Source of the DNA: Okamejei kenojei
Lineage: Eukaryota
Assembly (NCBI GenBank): GCA_035221665.1
Contig: CM069131.1
Location: 141,112,001-141,176,000, forward strand
Direction of reading: 5' to 3'
Length of the DNA stretch: 64,000 bases
This document shows positions 26,585 through 40,101 of this stretch, in pieces. The stretch's first letter is position 1, and the number at the start of each line of letters is the position of its first letter. The notes beneath the pieces are model-generated. The model did not search any database, was not told the origin of the DNA, and saw nothing but the letters and a program-made list of their open reading frames with translations. A program made the translations under genes and the position numbers.

Positions 26585-26850
26585 TTCACAAGTTATAGGA
26601 GTAGAATTAGGCCATTTGGCCCATCGCGTCTACCCCGCAATCAATCATGGCTGATCTCTGCCTCCTAATCCCATTTTCCTGACTTCTCACCATGTGTAGG
26701 ATTTGTTCTGAACTTTTTCATACCTCAAGTTTCTTTCTCCACTGACTCTCAGTCTGAAGAAGAGTTTCGACCTGAAATATCACCTATTCCTTTTCTCCAT
26801 AGATGTCACCTGACCTGCTGAGTTACTCCAACATTTTGTGTCTATTATAT
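26585..26850. mobile_element. CR1 3' tail (-) fused to a PLE terminal unit (+)
   Basis: CR1 UTR at 26585-26690; CTGAAGAAGAGTTTCGACCTGAAATATC at 26754-26781. Confidence 0.65.
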
Positions 26851-28534
26851 GCACACACATATACATTTATATATACCCACATTTCTGATGCAGTGCACTT
26901 GGGTGGTAATTTAGACAGAAAACAATGGGAGGCTTTTGGGTCTGAATAACAAAGTAATTGATGTGCCAGGATATTAGACACACAATGACAAGGAAAAGAG
27001 AAGAGTCCTCCACCAACTCTGCACACAGCATTGTACAGACCTTGGATCCCACCCTTCCCAACATGTTCATTAGTTCTATAATTTTCTCAGAAAATGCTCA
27101 ATGTGCAGGTTGTGTGAATTGCATGCCTTTAAAATCTTATTGATGTTTCAAACTTATTATCCAATCGATTAGTCCTGAGGGGTTGACTGAGAGACCCTGG
27201 TCCTGAGGGCTGCATGTTCATCTTAATTTCTCTTGCAATGTGGGTCTGACGGAACTCTCAACACAAGTTTGCAACGGCACCAGCAATATCATTTGGAAAT
27301 CAAATGAACGGCCAAAGCAGCCAATAGCCTATTGTTTCTGAGCCTTATTTCATGGCTTGTATATTCGAATGTTTTAATGAAAATTCATTTCTGAGCATTA
27401 CATTGTTTATTGAAAAAGCAATTATAGAAGCTTTTACGTATTTATTGTGACACTGATAACATGGAGGGGGGGGTGACAGAAATTACATTGCAGTTTTCAC
27501 AAGGGATTAAAATATCACTGCAGAACACCAGGAACACAATTTGTTTTCCTGCAGGCATGATTTTAAACATGTGGAAAGCCATGTAATTGCAGGAAATCTT
27601 CAATACATTTTTAACCTACGGATTTGGACATTATAATGAGCTAATGTGTTCACTGGCTGCACAATAAATTGATGGGCTAAAAGATTGAACAAATCTGGGC
27701 AAAGCATAACTTACACAAGCCCGTTTTTTCCCTTCATTCTTTTATGCAGAGCAGTTATTTCATTCCCTCATTTCCTCTGCCTCTCGATACAAATTCCATC
27801 CCATTATCTTCAATATGTGAAAGAAACTATCAAAATGATTGAGGTATAGCAGTAGAGCTATGACAGTAACTGTTGCAGTAAATTTGTCTGCAGAGCAGCA
27901 TAAGCCTCACAGAGACATGCTGTTTCTGCTAAGTGAGGTCCAGCATTATGTTGTCAGTGATTCATGGGGATATACTTAGTAGAGGTCATCTACAATGATG
28001 ATCAGCATCACAAACCATATTGCAAATTTTCTGTACAGTTACTCTGACATTTATAGCTCCCTGTAGGTCATTGCCCAGACTAGAAAGAGTAATAACATGA
28101 CTGTCTGTTAGCTCCAGAAACATTTTAATTCTGGCACACTGTTATCAGACCTGGTCTGCTGGTTCTAAGCCTTCAGGAATTTATCCTTCTTTGGCTTTTC
28201 TGGGGTGACTCTGACTGGAATTTTAAGATACGCCGATTGAATCTTGCATCAAATACATTTGCTGAATAACATTCCACACAGGGAAAACCGCAGAATTCAA
28301 AAGAATAACGTGGTCAGTTGTGTCTTATCTAAAACTGATAACATTTAACTAAATTCGAAGCAGAGTTTACATCAGAATACACACATTACTGTTCATGGCC
28401 ATTCGATATTTAAAAAGCTAAGTCGCAATAGATCCCAAGTGAAAAATCGTTGGCTGGTGATAACCTCATTAAAATCTGGGTCTGAGTTCTTTGTATTGAG
28501 AGAGATGCAGCTGTGGGAAGGAAACATGTTTCTA

Positions 28535-28705
28535 AGTTGTCAAGAGTTAGATTTAGCTCTTAGGGCCAACGGAATCAAGGGATATGGAGAAAAAGCAGGA
28601 ATGGGGTACTGATTTTGGATGATCAGCCATGATCATATTGAATGGCAGTGCTAGCTTGAAAAGCCGAATGGCCTACTCCTGAACCTATTTTCTATGTTTC
28701 TATGT
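28535..28705 (+). mobile_element. CR1 3' end
   Basis: CR1 3' UTR with (TTTCTATG)n tail. Confidence 0.85.
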
Positions 28706-29469
28706 AAATACACATCTTGCTATCACTTCTTCTATCCTATTTCTTTCTGTGTTCCTGTCACGTTTCATTTTCATCTTGGCACTTGCTTCAATTTTTCCCC
28801 CTTTACTTCAATTACATATTCATTTCCTCTCACTGTCATTTTTGAACCATTCACACTGACAGCCACAAATCCCTGCAGTGGATCTCCTTGCATATTATTC
28901 AATCATTATTTCATCAATCTTTACCATCTCCAACACAACACTAAATTAATGGGAATAAATGGGTGCTGTTCCACTGATTTATTCTTTGTTATAAGATCAC
29001 CATCACAGTTCCACAGGCCATTAGACGGTGATGTTAAAAATCATTTGATGGCTATGGTTAGATCACCGTGTAGTAGAAGAAAATTTGCATAAGATCTCAA
29101 CAAAATTGACATTTAAGCACATTACACGGCCGCCCTCAGTATGCCATCACAATGTAACTGGCAGTACAAGGAAGGAATACAGTTTGTTATATTGTCATCT
29201 TCATTTTCCTTAGTTTCACAGACTTCTAGCTACAATTTTCTACTTCATTCTCATTTTATTCTCAATTTCTTCATCACTGACACCTTGGTTTTTGTTTAAA
29301 TGTTTTCGCTGTGCTCTGGATGTTTATACTTTTCATTGGAAATTGCTGACAAACAACAATTAAATAAAGCTTTTGGCCTTTATCTTAACTTGTGACAATA
29401 TCACCATTGTCAGACTTGATTTTAACAAGTGAGATCAAATTTGCATCCTCGCGAAACAACCAGGTCATT

Positions 29470-30282
29470 GACATAGACACAGAGTGTCTGAGTAGCTCAG
29501 TGAGTCAGGCAGCATTTTTGGAGAACATGGAGTGGTGACGACCCGAGCCAAAATGTTGTCCATCCATGTTCTCCTGATATGCTGCTTGAATGACTTACTC
29601 CAGTACTCTTAGCATAAGTGTAAATTGTCCCTAGTGTGTGAAGGATGGTGTTTAATGTGCAGGGGTTGTTGGTAAGTGCATACTTGGTGGGCCGAAGGGC
29701 CTGTTTCCTCAGTGTATCTCTAAACTAAACTAAGTGTAGAGGATTTTTTATGTCAATGGCGGTGCAGGCTCGAAGGGCCGAATGGCCTACTCCTGCACCT
29801 ATTTTCTATGAACAGGAAACAGAAGGTTGGTGTTCCGTCTGAAGGAGGGCACTCTCTCAATACATAATACCAGAACCAAAGTAGCCTCTTCTTACCTCAT
29901 ATTTAGTTTGGGTGGCTTACAACCCAGTCGTATAAACGTTAAATTCTCCAATTTTAAGTTACATATAAAAACACTCCCCTCCCCTCCCCTTCCTCCATCC
30001 TAATCATTTAACCAGATCCACAGTTCAACACCTTGCATCCCACTTGAAATCACATATTCCCTAGCCAATAATGGGCAGACCAGGGCACTTCCCTGCCTGA
30101 GGTCATTTCCTGCCAGCCTTGATTGATGCTGGCATTTTTTCCCCTCCAGCTCTTCACCCCCTCCTCTCACCCTTTACTTTCAGTTTGAAGAAGGGTCTCG
30201 AATCGAAACGTCATCTATCCTTTTCCCCGAGAGGTGCTGCCTGACCTGCTGAGTTACTCCAGCACTTTGTGTCTATCTTTAG
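29470..30282. mobile_element. PLE fragments (inverted pair 29470-29610; + copy 29860-30282) with a V-SINE tail (29612-29733) and a CR1 tail (29755-29810)
   Basis: GIY-YIG C-terminal remnant ..LIFSLGGLQPSRINVKFSNF at ~29895-29960; TTGAAGAAGGGTCTCGAATCGAAACGTC at 30185-30212. Confidence 0.65.
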
Positions 30283-31477
30283 CTTCTTTCCCAAATGGCT
30301 TCATGTCCAAGAATGGCCTCCATTCGATTTTTTTTGAAGTTTGGTTTGCATTAACAGAGGTTTAGCAGAAACTTAGAATGTGCCAAGGGCCTCATAGCCA
30401 GTGAGTTGTTCTGAAGTGCAGTCACTGTTGTAATCTGTCTCAAATATCCTGATCTCTGATGTTTGCTTAACCTCACTGTCGTATGTTGGGTTAAGCATGG
30501 AGTAAATGCAATAGGAAAGCTGGTCTGTGTCTATTGCAATGGCTGGACTCAGGATGAATTGAGACAGTCATGAGAGTGGGGAATTAGATGCATATTTTTA
30601 TTGATGGGATTACAGCAGTAATTTGAAATGTTATGAAGCGGTCAAGTGGGTGACTGTACTGAAAACTTCCGGTTCCATTTGTGAGGCACACTGGCTGACT
30701 GATTTTCAGCACTACCTTGAAGTATTGTAGAATTAGTTGCTTCAGGCATCAGATTACTCAAACCGATTCCAAAGATTGTCATTTTAAGGGTCATTGAGAC
30801 CTTATTTTCCTACTTTAAATCCCCAAGATAGTTGTAAAGATAAGATTTCTGAATGTGCAAGTAGTTTATGTTAGCATCAGGCAAACTGTCCAATCATCAG
30901 ATGTATGCAATTAAAGAGACGACGGCCAATGAGCAAACTTCAGCTCCAAAGCTTTCTAAAATGAGTGCCTTTCTTTATAATGATGACTCTATTCTTTGGA
31001 TGACTTCTTTCAACAAGGCTGTCAGATCCAATTCAGATCTCTCTGCGTCCATCAGTTTGGGATGAGCAAGTTATCAGTCTGCTATTATATCAATGACAGA
31101 TGAGCCATTTATGGTTTCTGACAGGAAATAAATGTATTTCTGGCCTGATATAGCTTATACCTTTGAAATATAAATTTTTGTGAACCGCATTACTGTTCAT
31201 TTGTGCAAATACATCTTGAAAAATTATAGATGAAGAATTTTCCTTCAAAACTGTTTAAAATTCCATTTCTTTACCAGACGCAATGTGGGAACTACAGCTG
31301 CCTATATTAGTGTGCATGTTTGCTTCCATTAGTCCCTTTGGCAGTAGCGACTAGGTATTTTGTTTTGGATCCAAACAAGATAAACGTCTTCAACCTTTCA
31401 CATCCATCCTATTTAAGGATCTATTAAATTCTTATGTATTGGCCAGCATTTATCTCACGACCAATAACGTTTCAGAA

Positions 31478-31573
31478 AATAGACACAAAATGCTGGGCTA
31501 ACTCAGCAGGTCAGGCAGCATCTCTGGAGAAAAGGAATAGGTGACGTTTTGGGTCGAGACCCTTCTTCAGATT
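31478..31573 (-). mobile_element. Short PLE terminal unit
   Basis: Reverse complement CTGAAGAAGGGTCTCGACCCAAAACGTC (G12 mutated). Confidence 0.75.
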
Positions 31574-31599
31574 GAGGCACATGCAAACAATAATAATGC

Positions 31600-32095
31600 A
31601 TAGACAAAAACAATGCCCCTCAAGTTGATGTAGTCCAGGGTTTATTTTGAGGTTGTAGTGTTTAATAGCCTGATGGTTGTTGGGAAGAAGCTGCTCCTGA
31701 ACTGGTTGTTACATTTTTCAGGCTCCCATACCTTCTTCCTGATGGCAAGAGTGAAATGACAGTGTGGCCAGGGAGGTGTGGGTCTCTAAAGATGCTGGCT
31801 GTCTTTTTGAGGCAGCTATTCCTGGAGATCCCTACGATGATGGGGAGGTCAGTACCTGTGATGGGTTGGGCAGTGTTCACCACTTTTTGCAATTTTCATT
31901 CCTGGACATTTGAATTGTCGTACTAGGCCAAGATGCAACCAGTCAATATGCTCTCTACCTTACACATGTTAAAGTTTAAGAGAGTATTTGTTGACATACT
32001 GAATATCCTCAATGTTCATAAGATGGCTTTCCTTATGATTGCATCAATGTGCTGGTTTCAGGACAGATCTTCAGAGATATGCATGTCTAGGTATT
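31600..32095 (-). mobile_element. Rex1/Babar-type LINE 3' fragment
   Basis: QKVVNTAQPITG..DPHLPGH..SLLPSGRRY. Confidence 0.8.
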
Positions 32096-32239
32096 TATGC
32101 ATGGAGAAAATGTTGGGCTGGATGGCTGAGGGTGCGCCATGCCTCTGCAAAACAGAGTGCACCTCATTCCCTCATCTCCCTTTGATAAAGCAGCATTGCT
32201 CTTATGTTCTCCACTTTATTTTCTAGTGACTGAACATCC

Positions 32240-34340
32240 CACCCCAGGCAGACATTCATTGGGACTGAACCTTTGGTCACCTTTGCTCCAGGGAAAATAA
32301 ACTCATCCATCTCTCTCCCCCATTACTAAATTCCTCCACTCTAGGCAACATTCTGGCGAATCTCCTGGGCACTCTCTCTGGCACCAGCACGCCCTACCTA
32401 TAGTGTGACAATGAGACCAGCGCATAATATGCCAGATGCAGTCCAACAAGTGATATGTAAAATTGCAACATAATGTCCCAACTTCTATATTCCATGTCAC
32501 GGCCAATGAAAGAAAGCATGCCATCTCTCTTTGTTACCACCTTATGTACTTGATCCCTGATTCACAGCCCCACTAAGTAGTGGAGCACCAGGAAGGCACC
32601 AAATGTCTAGGATCTCTACCATGAGCATGTGGAGGCTTTGATCAAACAGTGGAAGGTGTGAACAATTATTCCCAATAATACACCAGCCTAACCCATCAGG
32701 TATCACCAGTCCAGCCTGTGGCAGTGTTGATGCAAACCTTACAGAAGCAGGATATGCTCCAGATATTTCTTCAGCAGCCCTTTGGGGTCTTTACCTATTC
32801 TGGGGTGGTTGATGAATGAGAACAATGCTACCATAGGTACAGCCAGAGGTTTTTTTTCTTTTTCTTTCTCTTTTAATTTCTCCCCTCCTCTCCCTCGCTT
32901 CCGCTCCCCCTCCCCTCTTTACCCTCCTCTCCCTCCACCCTCTCTTCCTATTCCTCCTTTCTACCTGTGTCACCACTTTCAGGGAACTGTGTATCTGCAC
33001 CCCTACAGAGGTCGCTCTGTTTTACACCATTCTCCAGAGCCCTACCCAGTACTGTAGCACACACACCACAATCACATGGCCCCAACAAATATAATTCAAG
33101 TTTGTTCATCCTCTCCATGCTTGCACTCTAGGCAACATCCTAGTGAAATTCTGCAATTTCTCCACAGCTTCTACATCCATCCTATAGTATGGCATCCAGA
33201 ACGGCATTCAATATTCTAAGTTTAAGCTCACCAATGGCTTATACAGTTGTAACATGACTCCCAACATCTATAGTCAGTGCCTGACTGATGAAAGCAAGCT
33301 TGCCAAATGCTGCCTTCTCCAACCTGTTTCAGGGAATAATGCACATATAGCCCTAGATCTCTTTGTTCTACAACACCCTTTGGGCAATACCATTTATGGT
33401 TATGTCCTATTTTAGTTTAACTTACCAACATGCAACACCTTACACTTAACTGAGTTAAAGTACGTTTGCCATTCTTTGACGCACTTCTCCAGTTGATCTA
33501 TGTCTTTGTTGCAATCTTATATCACCCTCTTCACTGTCCACTATACAACCAATGTTATTGTCATCCGCAAAGTTACCAACCACATTTATGACATTGTCAT
33601 CCAAATTGTTAATATAGATGAAAAAATAGTGGTTGACCCAGCATCAATCTCTGTGGCACACCACTGATCACAGGCCTTTTGAATCTGAAAAAACACTCCA
33701 TATTCTTTGACTTCCACCAAGCCAATTTGGCCAATGTAGCATCCATGTAGCTAATTCTTCCTCAATCCCATGTGATCTAATCTTTTGTACCTGGGTACCA
33801 TGTTAGAACCATGTCAAAGGCCTTGCCAAAGTCAATATAGACAACGTCCTCTACCCTCATAGAGCCATACAGCACATAAACAGGCCCATTGGCCTAATTC
33901 ACCATGCCAAACAGGTTTTATAACTCAGCTGGTCCCAATTGCCTCCGTTTGGTCAACATTCTTTTCAACCTTTCCTATCATGTGCCTGTTAAAATGCCTA
34001 TTAAATGTCGCAATTGTACCTGAGTTTGCAGCTTTCTCTAGCAACATGATCCATATACACTTCACCTTCCTTATAAAGAAGTTGTCCTTCAGGTCCTTTT
34101 TAAATCTTCTCCCTCTCACCTTCAACCTTTGTCCTCGAGCTCTGGATTTCTCTATCCTGGGAAAAATGGGGACCCTTACCTATGCCTCATGATTTTGATA
34201 TCTCTGCAAGGTCACGACTCAAGTTCAAGTTCACATTTATTGTCACATGCACCAATTAAGGTACATTGATATTTAGGAGACTCAGTTTCCTATGCTGCAG
34301 GGAAATACATTTCAGCCTGTCCTTATAATTCTAGGCCTGC
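32240..34340 (-). mobile_element. Old CR1 fragments (32240-32560, 32980-33860, 33858-34340)
   Basis: Degenerate reverse-complement RT motifs (TCATCCGCAAA = FADD at ~33562) and CR1 3' ends. Confidence 0.7.
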
Positions 34341-34424
34341 TAAACTGATTAAGACTAACAACAAGCTCCCACTTCTGGCACCCTGCATAGGCAGAGCTGT
34401 GTCATTTCAAGCCTTGGACCCTGT

Positions 34425-34870
34425 TGAAATAAAGAAATGCAGATGCTGGTTAATACACCAAAGGACACAAAATGTTGGAGTAACCCAGCAGGTCTCTGGA
34501 GAATGTGGATAGGTGACATTTCTGGTCAAGAACCTTCTTCAGACTGATTGTAGCGGGAGAAGAAAAATGGAAAAGCAGGGGAGGCAGGAAAAAGTGTGGC
34601 AGGTAATATGTCAATAGAGGTGAGGGTATGCTTTTACAGGAAGACAGTTGGAACACAGGCCAGGGATAAGGATGGTAGGTGTGAGGCAGGTTTGAAGAGT
34701 TGCAGATAGTGAAACTGGGGGGGGGGGGGGGAGGGGGGATTGTGTGGAGGGGTGACATAGGTGGGAGTCTATGTGAGGCATGGAGAGTGGAGGGGTGGGG
34801 GGGGGGGGTGTTAGTTAGAGGTCACCTAAAAGTGGAGAATTCAATATTCTTAACGTTGGGTTGTAAGCTG
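34425..34870 (-). mobile_element. Non-autonomous Penelope-like element
   Basis: Reverse complement CTGAAGAAGGTTCTTGACCAGAAATGTC at 34515-34542; ORF-end remnant at ~34825-34870. Confidence 0.72.
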
Positions 34871-35725
34871 AATGGTCTTTGATTCATTTTGGACCTTGGT
34901 TCTCTAATATTTGCTTTACTTGTATTAGATTATTTTAAATGATAACTAGTGTTTGCAAAGAAAGTCCAGTTTTACTGGTTCCAAGTCTCTCAACAGTGGG
35001 CAGGGAATTGATGACTAGTCAGTTGTTAACTTCAAAATATTATAAATAACAATTATAACAAGAGAGATGATATTCCAATGTATTAATGTCGTTATTCAAT
35101 GTTATAAAGTTTAATTATTTAGAAAATTCAGTGACATATTCAAGTAAAAGCAATTTAATTTCCTTTTGTAACCTCATATAGTTCAATACATAGTATGTTG
35201 TACAATTTTCTTAGCCGTAGATGTCTTTTTGTGGAAACATTTCAAGGAATCAAAGGTTACAGTAGATTACTGACGAGTTCAATTTGGAACTAAACAGGGC
35301 ATCAGAATTAGTTTTGAATTGTTCAAGTTATAAATTGGCACAGGCATTTTGGGTTGAATCTCTCTGTTTTTCCCTAATTTCCATGGTTCTAATTAGTTCA
35401 GAAAAGGAAATTGGTTGCTATAATGTATGGTCCTTACAGTACCCTAGATTAAAAACAAGTGGCATTTGCTGGGGGCAGTATACATAAAGCTGGAATGGTT
35501 ATAGAATAGTAAGATTAAATGAGAACTTACCAGTTTGAAGTTTGATCTTTATTTTATGAGGAGTTACGATGAGGGATTACGTGAAGAAGCCCTGCCAAGC
35601 GCATGCGCGTCATACTTCAAAGCAGCGATGTGAAAACACTGAAACTATAGTCAAAGTGATAGTAAGACTCAGAAGACTAGAACTACCAGATGATCTGTGC
35701 GATTATGAGGGCCGGGAGGGGAGGG

Positions 35726-35838
35726 CACGTAATCCCTCATCGTAACTCTTCATAATATAAAGATCAAACTTCAAACTGGTAAGTTCTCGTTTAATCTTAC
35801 TATTTTACTTCGGAGCCACGTGAGTGACTATGTGAAGA
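35726..35838. repeat. DIRS internal complementary region (ICR)
   Basis: 35726-35804 is the inverted repeat of 35505-35583; 35803-35838 is the inverted repeat of 40351-40386. Confidence 0.93.
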
Positions 35839-36026
35839 TTTCAAAGCTCTGTGATTTCATGCCGTAGATCCATTCCATACGACACACTGCTTCGGTTGAC
35901 ACAGTAGTGAATAAATAATGTATTGAACATTGTTTCGAATTATCCAATAATTATTTTAATAATAATAACAAACAAAACAGTAATAACCCCTCTGTCCCAG
36001 GGGGAATTACAAATGAAATTTATAAA

Positions 36027-36990
36027 TCAAACCAAATCCAAAACAGCATGCCCAAACCCTGGCACTGTCAGGACAGGTTTATCATAACATTTTGAGAAGG
36101 TTGCCTCCTTAGACCATCCTGCAGCCCCGAAGATTTGGTCTAGAGGCATGTCCTGCGCCTTCGCTGCGGATGTTGATGCCGCCCTGGTGGAGTGAGATTT
36201 AAACACATGAGTGTCTACTCCAGCACAATCCAAAACCTGTTTTAACCATTTAAAAATAGTTTGTACAGACACCTTTTTATGAGTTTTTTTGTGACTGATG
36301 AGCATTGCTGTTTCAGAGCCTCTGAGACTCTTAGTTACCTCGATACATTGACTCAGGTGCTTAACTACACATAACGTTTGGTCAATGGGGTATGCTTTAA
36401 AGCTTACTTTGGTTCCAGCCATTCCTGGCCTGCTTTGTTTGATTAAATCATACACATAAAACATACACATACACGTAATGTTATCTGCCGAAGAATACAT
36501 GCTATCTAGTCGTAACTTTTGCAATGTTTGCACTCGTTGCGCTTATGAGCATAACCACTTTAAGTGTTAACTTCTGAAAAGACAGTGACGTAATTGGAGC
36601 CCATTGCCGAAGCAGTGTGAGAACTATACTGACATCCCAGATTTCTGTATATCTAGGCTTAGGAAGGTTCTTGTTAAAGATTCCTCTCATGAATCGGGAC
36701 ACTAACGGATGAGACCCGATAGATTGTTGTTCTGAAAACTGCCCTAAATAGGAGGACAAAGCACTCCGAGCACTATTAATGGCACTATAGCTCAAGTGTT
36801 CATCAAAATGCAATGTAGCAAGGAACTCCAATACATCCGGTATGCTTGCAGTATAAGATATATCTGACTGCAAGCAAAACATCTCCCATTTCTTAATATG
36901 AGACACATATTGTTTTTTTAGTGCTATCTCTTCCAAGCTGCAGTTACCACATCCATGGTCCTACTCGACAGTCCAAGGCCTAGGAACGGT
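36027..36990 (-). pseudogene. DIRS tyrosine recombinase (frameshifted)
   Basis: SAINSARSALS..HPLVSRFMRG..PRY..WDV (SAM-like N-terminal part) and KSHSTRAASTS..AAGWS..TF.K.Y catalytic motifs, split over ORFs 36502-36936 and 36027-36533. Confidence 0.92.
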
Positions 36991-36994
36991 CTGG

Positions 36995-38900
36995 TCAGAA
37001 CCTGCAGATTAACAAATTAATGCGATCATGTAACGGATAACTTTCTCCTGTTATTGGATGTACCAACAAATTACTGCAGTTGGGAACAGTCATGAATGGC
37101 TGAGTCATCATTCTCAGCACCAATGGGAACCATGGCTGTGTAGGCCAGTCCGGAACCATCAAAAAGCCTGAGGCGGAGTCCTCGTCTATTTTGGTGAGGC
37201 ATTGCCTAATGAGGCAGAATGGGGGAAAAGCATAAAAGAATGTCCCCAATGTAGCGAGAATGCATCCAACGCTACTGCTCCTGGATCTGGTTCCCATGAA
37301 ACGTATTTAGGCAACTGGTGATTTAGCCTGGATGCAAACAGATCCATATCTGGCAAACCATAGCGGCTGACAATCATTTTAAAAACATCAGGATTTAGCA
37401 TCCATTCTATGTTGTCATTAAATTTCCGTGACCTGTTGTCTGCCACCACATTATCTCTACCTGGTAGGTAGATAGCTGAGACCCAGATGTCTCTGGAAAT
37501 ACGCCAGTTCCAAATGAGGTTAGCCAGATTATCACATCATACTGACCTTATTCCTCCCATGTGATTGATATATGCAACAACCATGGTATAGTCAATCTGG
37601 AGCTGAACATGTAAATTATTCATTGCTGAACAATAAGCTTTTAATCCATAGAATGCACCCAGCAATTCTAAGTCATTTATACCATGCCTGTGCAGAATTA
37701 AATCCTCTTGCACACTCCATCTACCACCACAGCTAGACTCGCTGTCCATGCCTCCCCGTCCCAGAACACTCACATCTGTTTGTAAAATCACTGAAGGTTG
37801 CTGAACCAAAATGTTTTTGGTAGTTTGTACAATATTGATAATCCACCAATTGTAATTCAGCAATGGCTCTGGCTGGCAACTGCATAGGTCTATCAAAATG
37901 ACCTGCATGTTCTTTAAGTGCTTGTTCTCTAGCTTGTTGCAGACTTTGATAGTGCAGGGGTCCAAACTCCACTGCAGGGAAAGCCGCCACCAATTTGCCA
38001 ATAACACTGGCTACTTCCCGGATGGAGGGGTATAGTTTTTCAGCGAGACTAGTACAGACCTCCCTGATTTCCACAGCCTTGGCTGTAGGCAAAGTCACTG
38101 ACATATCAACTGAATCAATGACAAACCCCAAATAATAATTTTTTTTGGGATGGCTCTAACTTGGATTTTGTTGGATGGACAAGAAAACCTAACCTTTCAA
38201 ACAGGTGTTTGGTTACTGAAACGGACTCCTCAGCTGTCTCCTGAGTGTTGCTTATGATTAAAATATCATCTAGATAAGCCATTACAATGTGATTCTGGGC
38301 ACGAAATAGCGCCAGCACTGGTTTCAACAATTTTGTGAACAACCTAGGAGCTGAGGTTAACCCATTGGGTAATGCTTTAAATTGCCACAGTTGTCCCATC
38401 CAACTAAATTTCAAGTATCTCCGGTAGTGATGATGAATTGGTACTGAATAATATGCATCTTTCAGATCTATGGTTGCTATATAACAACCTTCTGATAAAA
38501 GCTGTTTAGCAGTATTGAAGGTGTCCATTTTAAAATGCCTATACTGGACATAGGAATTTAACTGGGTTAGATCCAGAATGACTCCACATTCACCATATTT
38601 TTTCTGTCTGGGGAATATATTGGACACAAATTGTTGAGGATGGTATGTCGTTCTCTCAATTGCCCCTTCTTGGGACAAAGCCACAATTTCTTAATTTACC
38701 TGCTGAGTTTCTGCTCTAGAAAAAAACAATACCCGACTAGGCATATTTTGTGCGGGTGGATGAATTCCTGACATAAACTCTATTCGAGACCCTGACACAG
38801 TGTCCAGTATAAACCGATCAGATGTTATGCAGCACCATTCATCATAAAATAACTGCAACCTACCCCCAACCGGAGGTTGTTCCCCAGAAGATTTATCCTG
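36995..38900 (-). pseudogene. DIRS RT - RNase H - methyltransferase-like polyprotein (frameshifted)
   Basis: IDLKDAY, LPNGLTSAPRLFTK, YLDD; LQTD..INDLELLG..QID..AYINHMGG; ADNRSR; DLFASRLN..DAF..YAFPPF..WPTQPWF. Confidence 0.93.
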
Positions 38901-38949
38901 GACTGAATGAATCACCCGTACAGTCGACCTTGTCCTTTTCTCCATACTG

Positions 38950-40101
38950 GGGTTGTAGTTGGGATATACAGGTGGGTAATACCGCATCCCACTGGCCCCA
39001 CTCTGCTTGGCCCTGCCCCCAGATCTGACCCCCTTCGCGTTGAAAACGACCTGCGAGGTGGCATCCTGGCGGAAGGGACGTATGTCTTCATGAGGCCTAT
39101 TGTCTTGGCCTCTTCCTCCAGGTCTTTGACTTATTTGAGCAGGTCCACCCCAAATAAATAATCTGGCGCTTGAATATTGGTGGACCTGCATAAAGCTGCA
39201 AATCGCGGGTCTAGTGTAGGTTTTATGGCGATTTTACGGATACAATTAACTTCGAAATATGCATTACACAGCAGGGCCAGCATATCCTGCTGTGTGCCGG
39301 ACATTGGTGCCCCTCGGACTATTTTGCCAAAGGCTGTAATGCCTGCTCCCACCTATTTGAGGACCCGCTGGAAACGGATTTCTTGTTCACGCATCGTTGC
39401 ACTCATTTGTGCCCAGATAACAGAGTTCACAGTGGGCACTTTGAGCGACCCACAATTCACAGGTGTTTTGTATCTGGTGGCTGTTTGTTCCATTATTGTA
39501 TCTTGTTGCTGGTGAGAGGCCAGGTAATTGATGTTGGCCGCCAGGTTTTCTTCCATGGCCTCACCAGTACATTCCGGAATAGCAACGTTCCTTGCTACAT
39601 CTGGGACACTTAGAGCATGTGCTTTGGTGTGTGTTCAAAAGCAGTGACACCAACTTCAGGGTCAGACTCCACCTGCCCTGGCTTTCCCGAGTCTTGCTCC
39701 AGGGAGGTTTCTTCCAGCCCTAAATGAGGTGCTGAAGAGGGTGATTCCCACTGGTATTCATAAGCAGTGTAGTCTTCACTGTATGGGCCTCTATGTGATG
39801 CTGTCTGGGGAATCCTAGGGGCATTTGACCCCGATTGAAAAATTTCATGGCTGATTAGAGTTTGGAACATCTTCTCCATCTGGTCGAGCCGTCCCCATAC
39901 TTTTTTATTATCAGGAGGGGAGTCTTCCTCTTCATGAGACCCGTCCGATAAAACGGGCCTGAGAGATTTTCTCTTGGCCTTCCTCCCTGGTGGAGTGGCC
40001 TCAGTGCCTTGAAGCACTGGAACTGATGGAGGCAGCTGAGCTGCCAGTGGAACAGCAGCCAGTATCGGACCGGAGTTACTACAGCCGGTATCTCCCGACA
40101 C
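38950..40101 (-). pseudogene. DIRS gag-like ORF1 (interrupted by stops)
   Basis: In-frame pieces 39610-40101, 39353-39556 and 39131-39352 (YKTPVNCGSLKVPTVNSVIW..LFG.DL); position upstream of RT. Confidence 0.8.

Noticed and set aside
35505-35838. Long inverted repeat as a miRNA precursor or standalone MITE
   Set aside because: Fully explained as the DIRS right extension pairing with the ICR.
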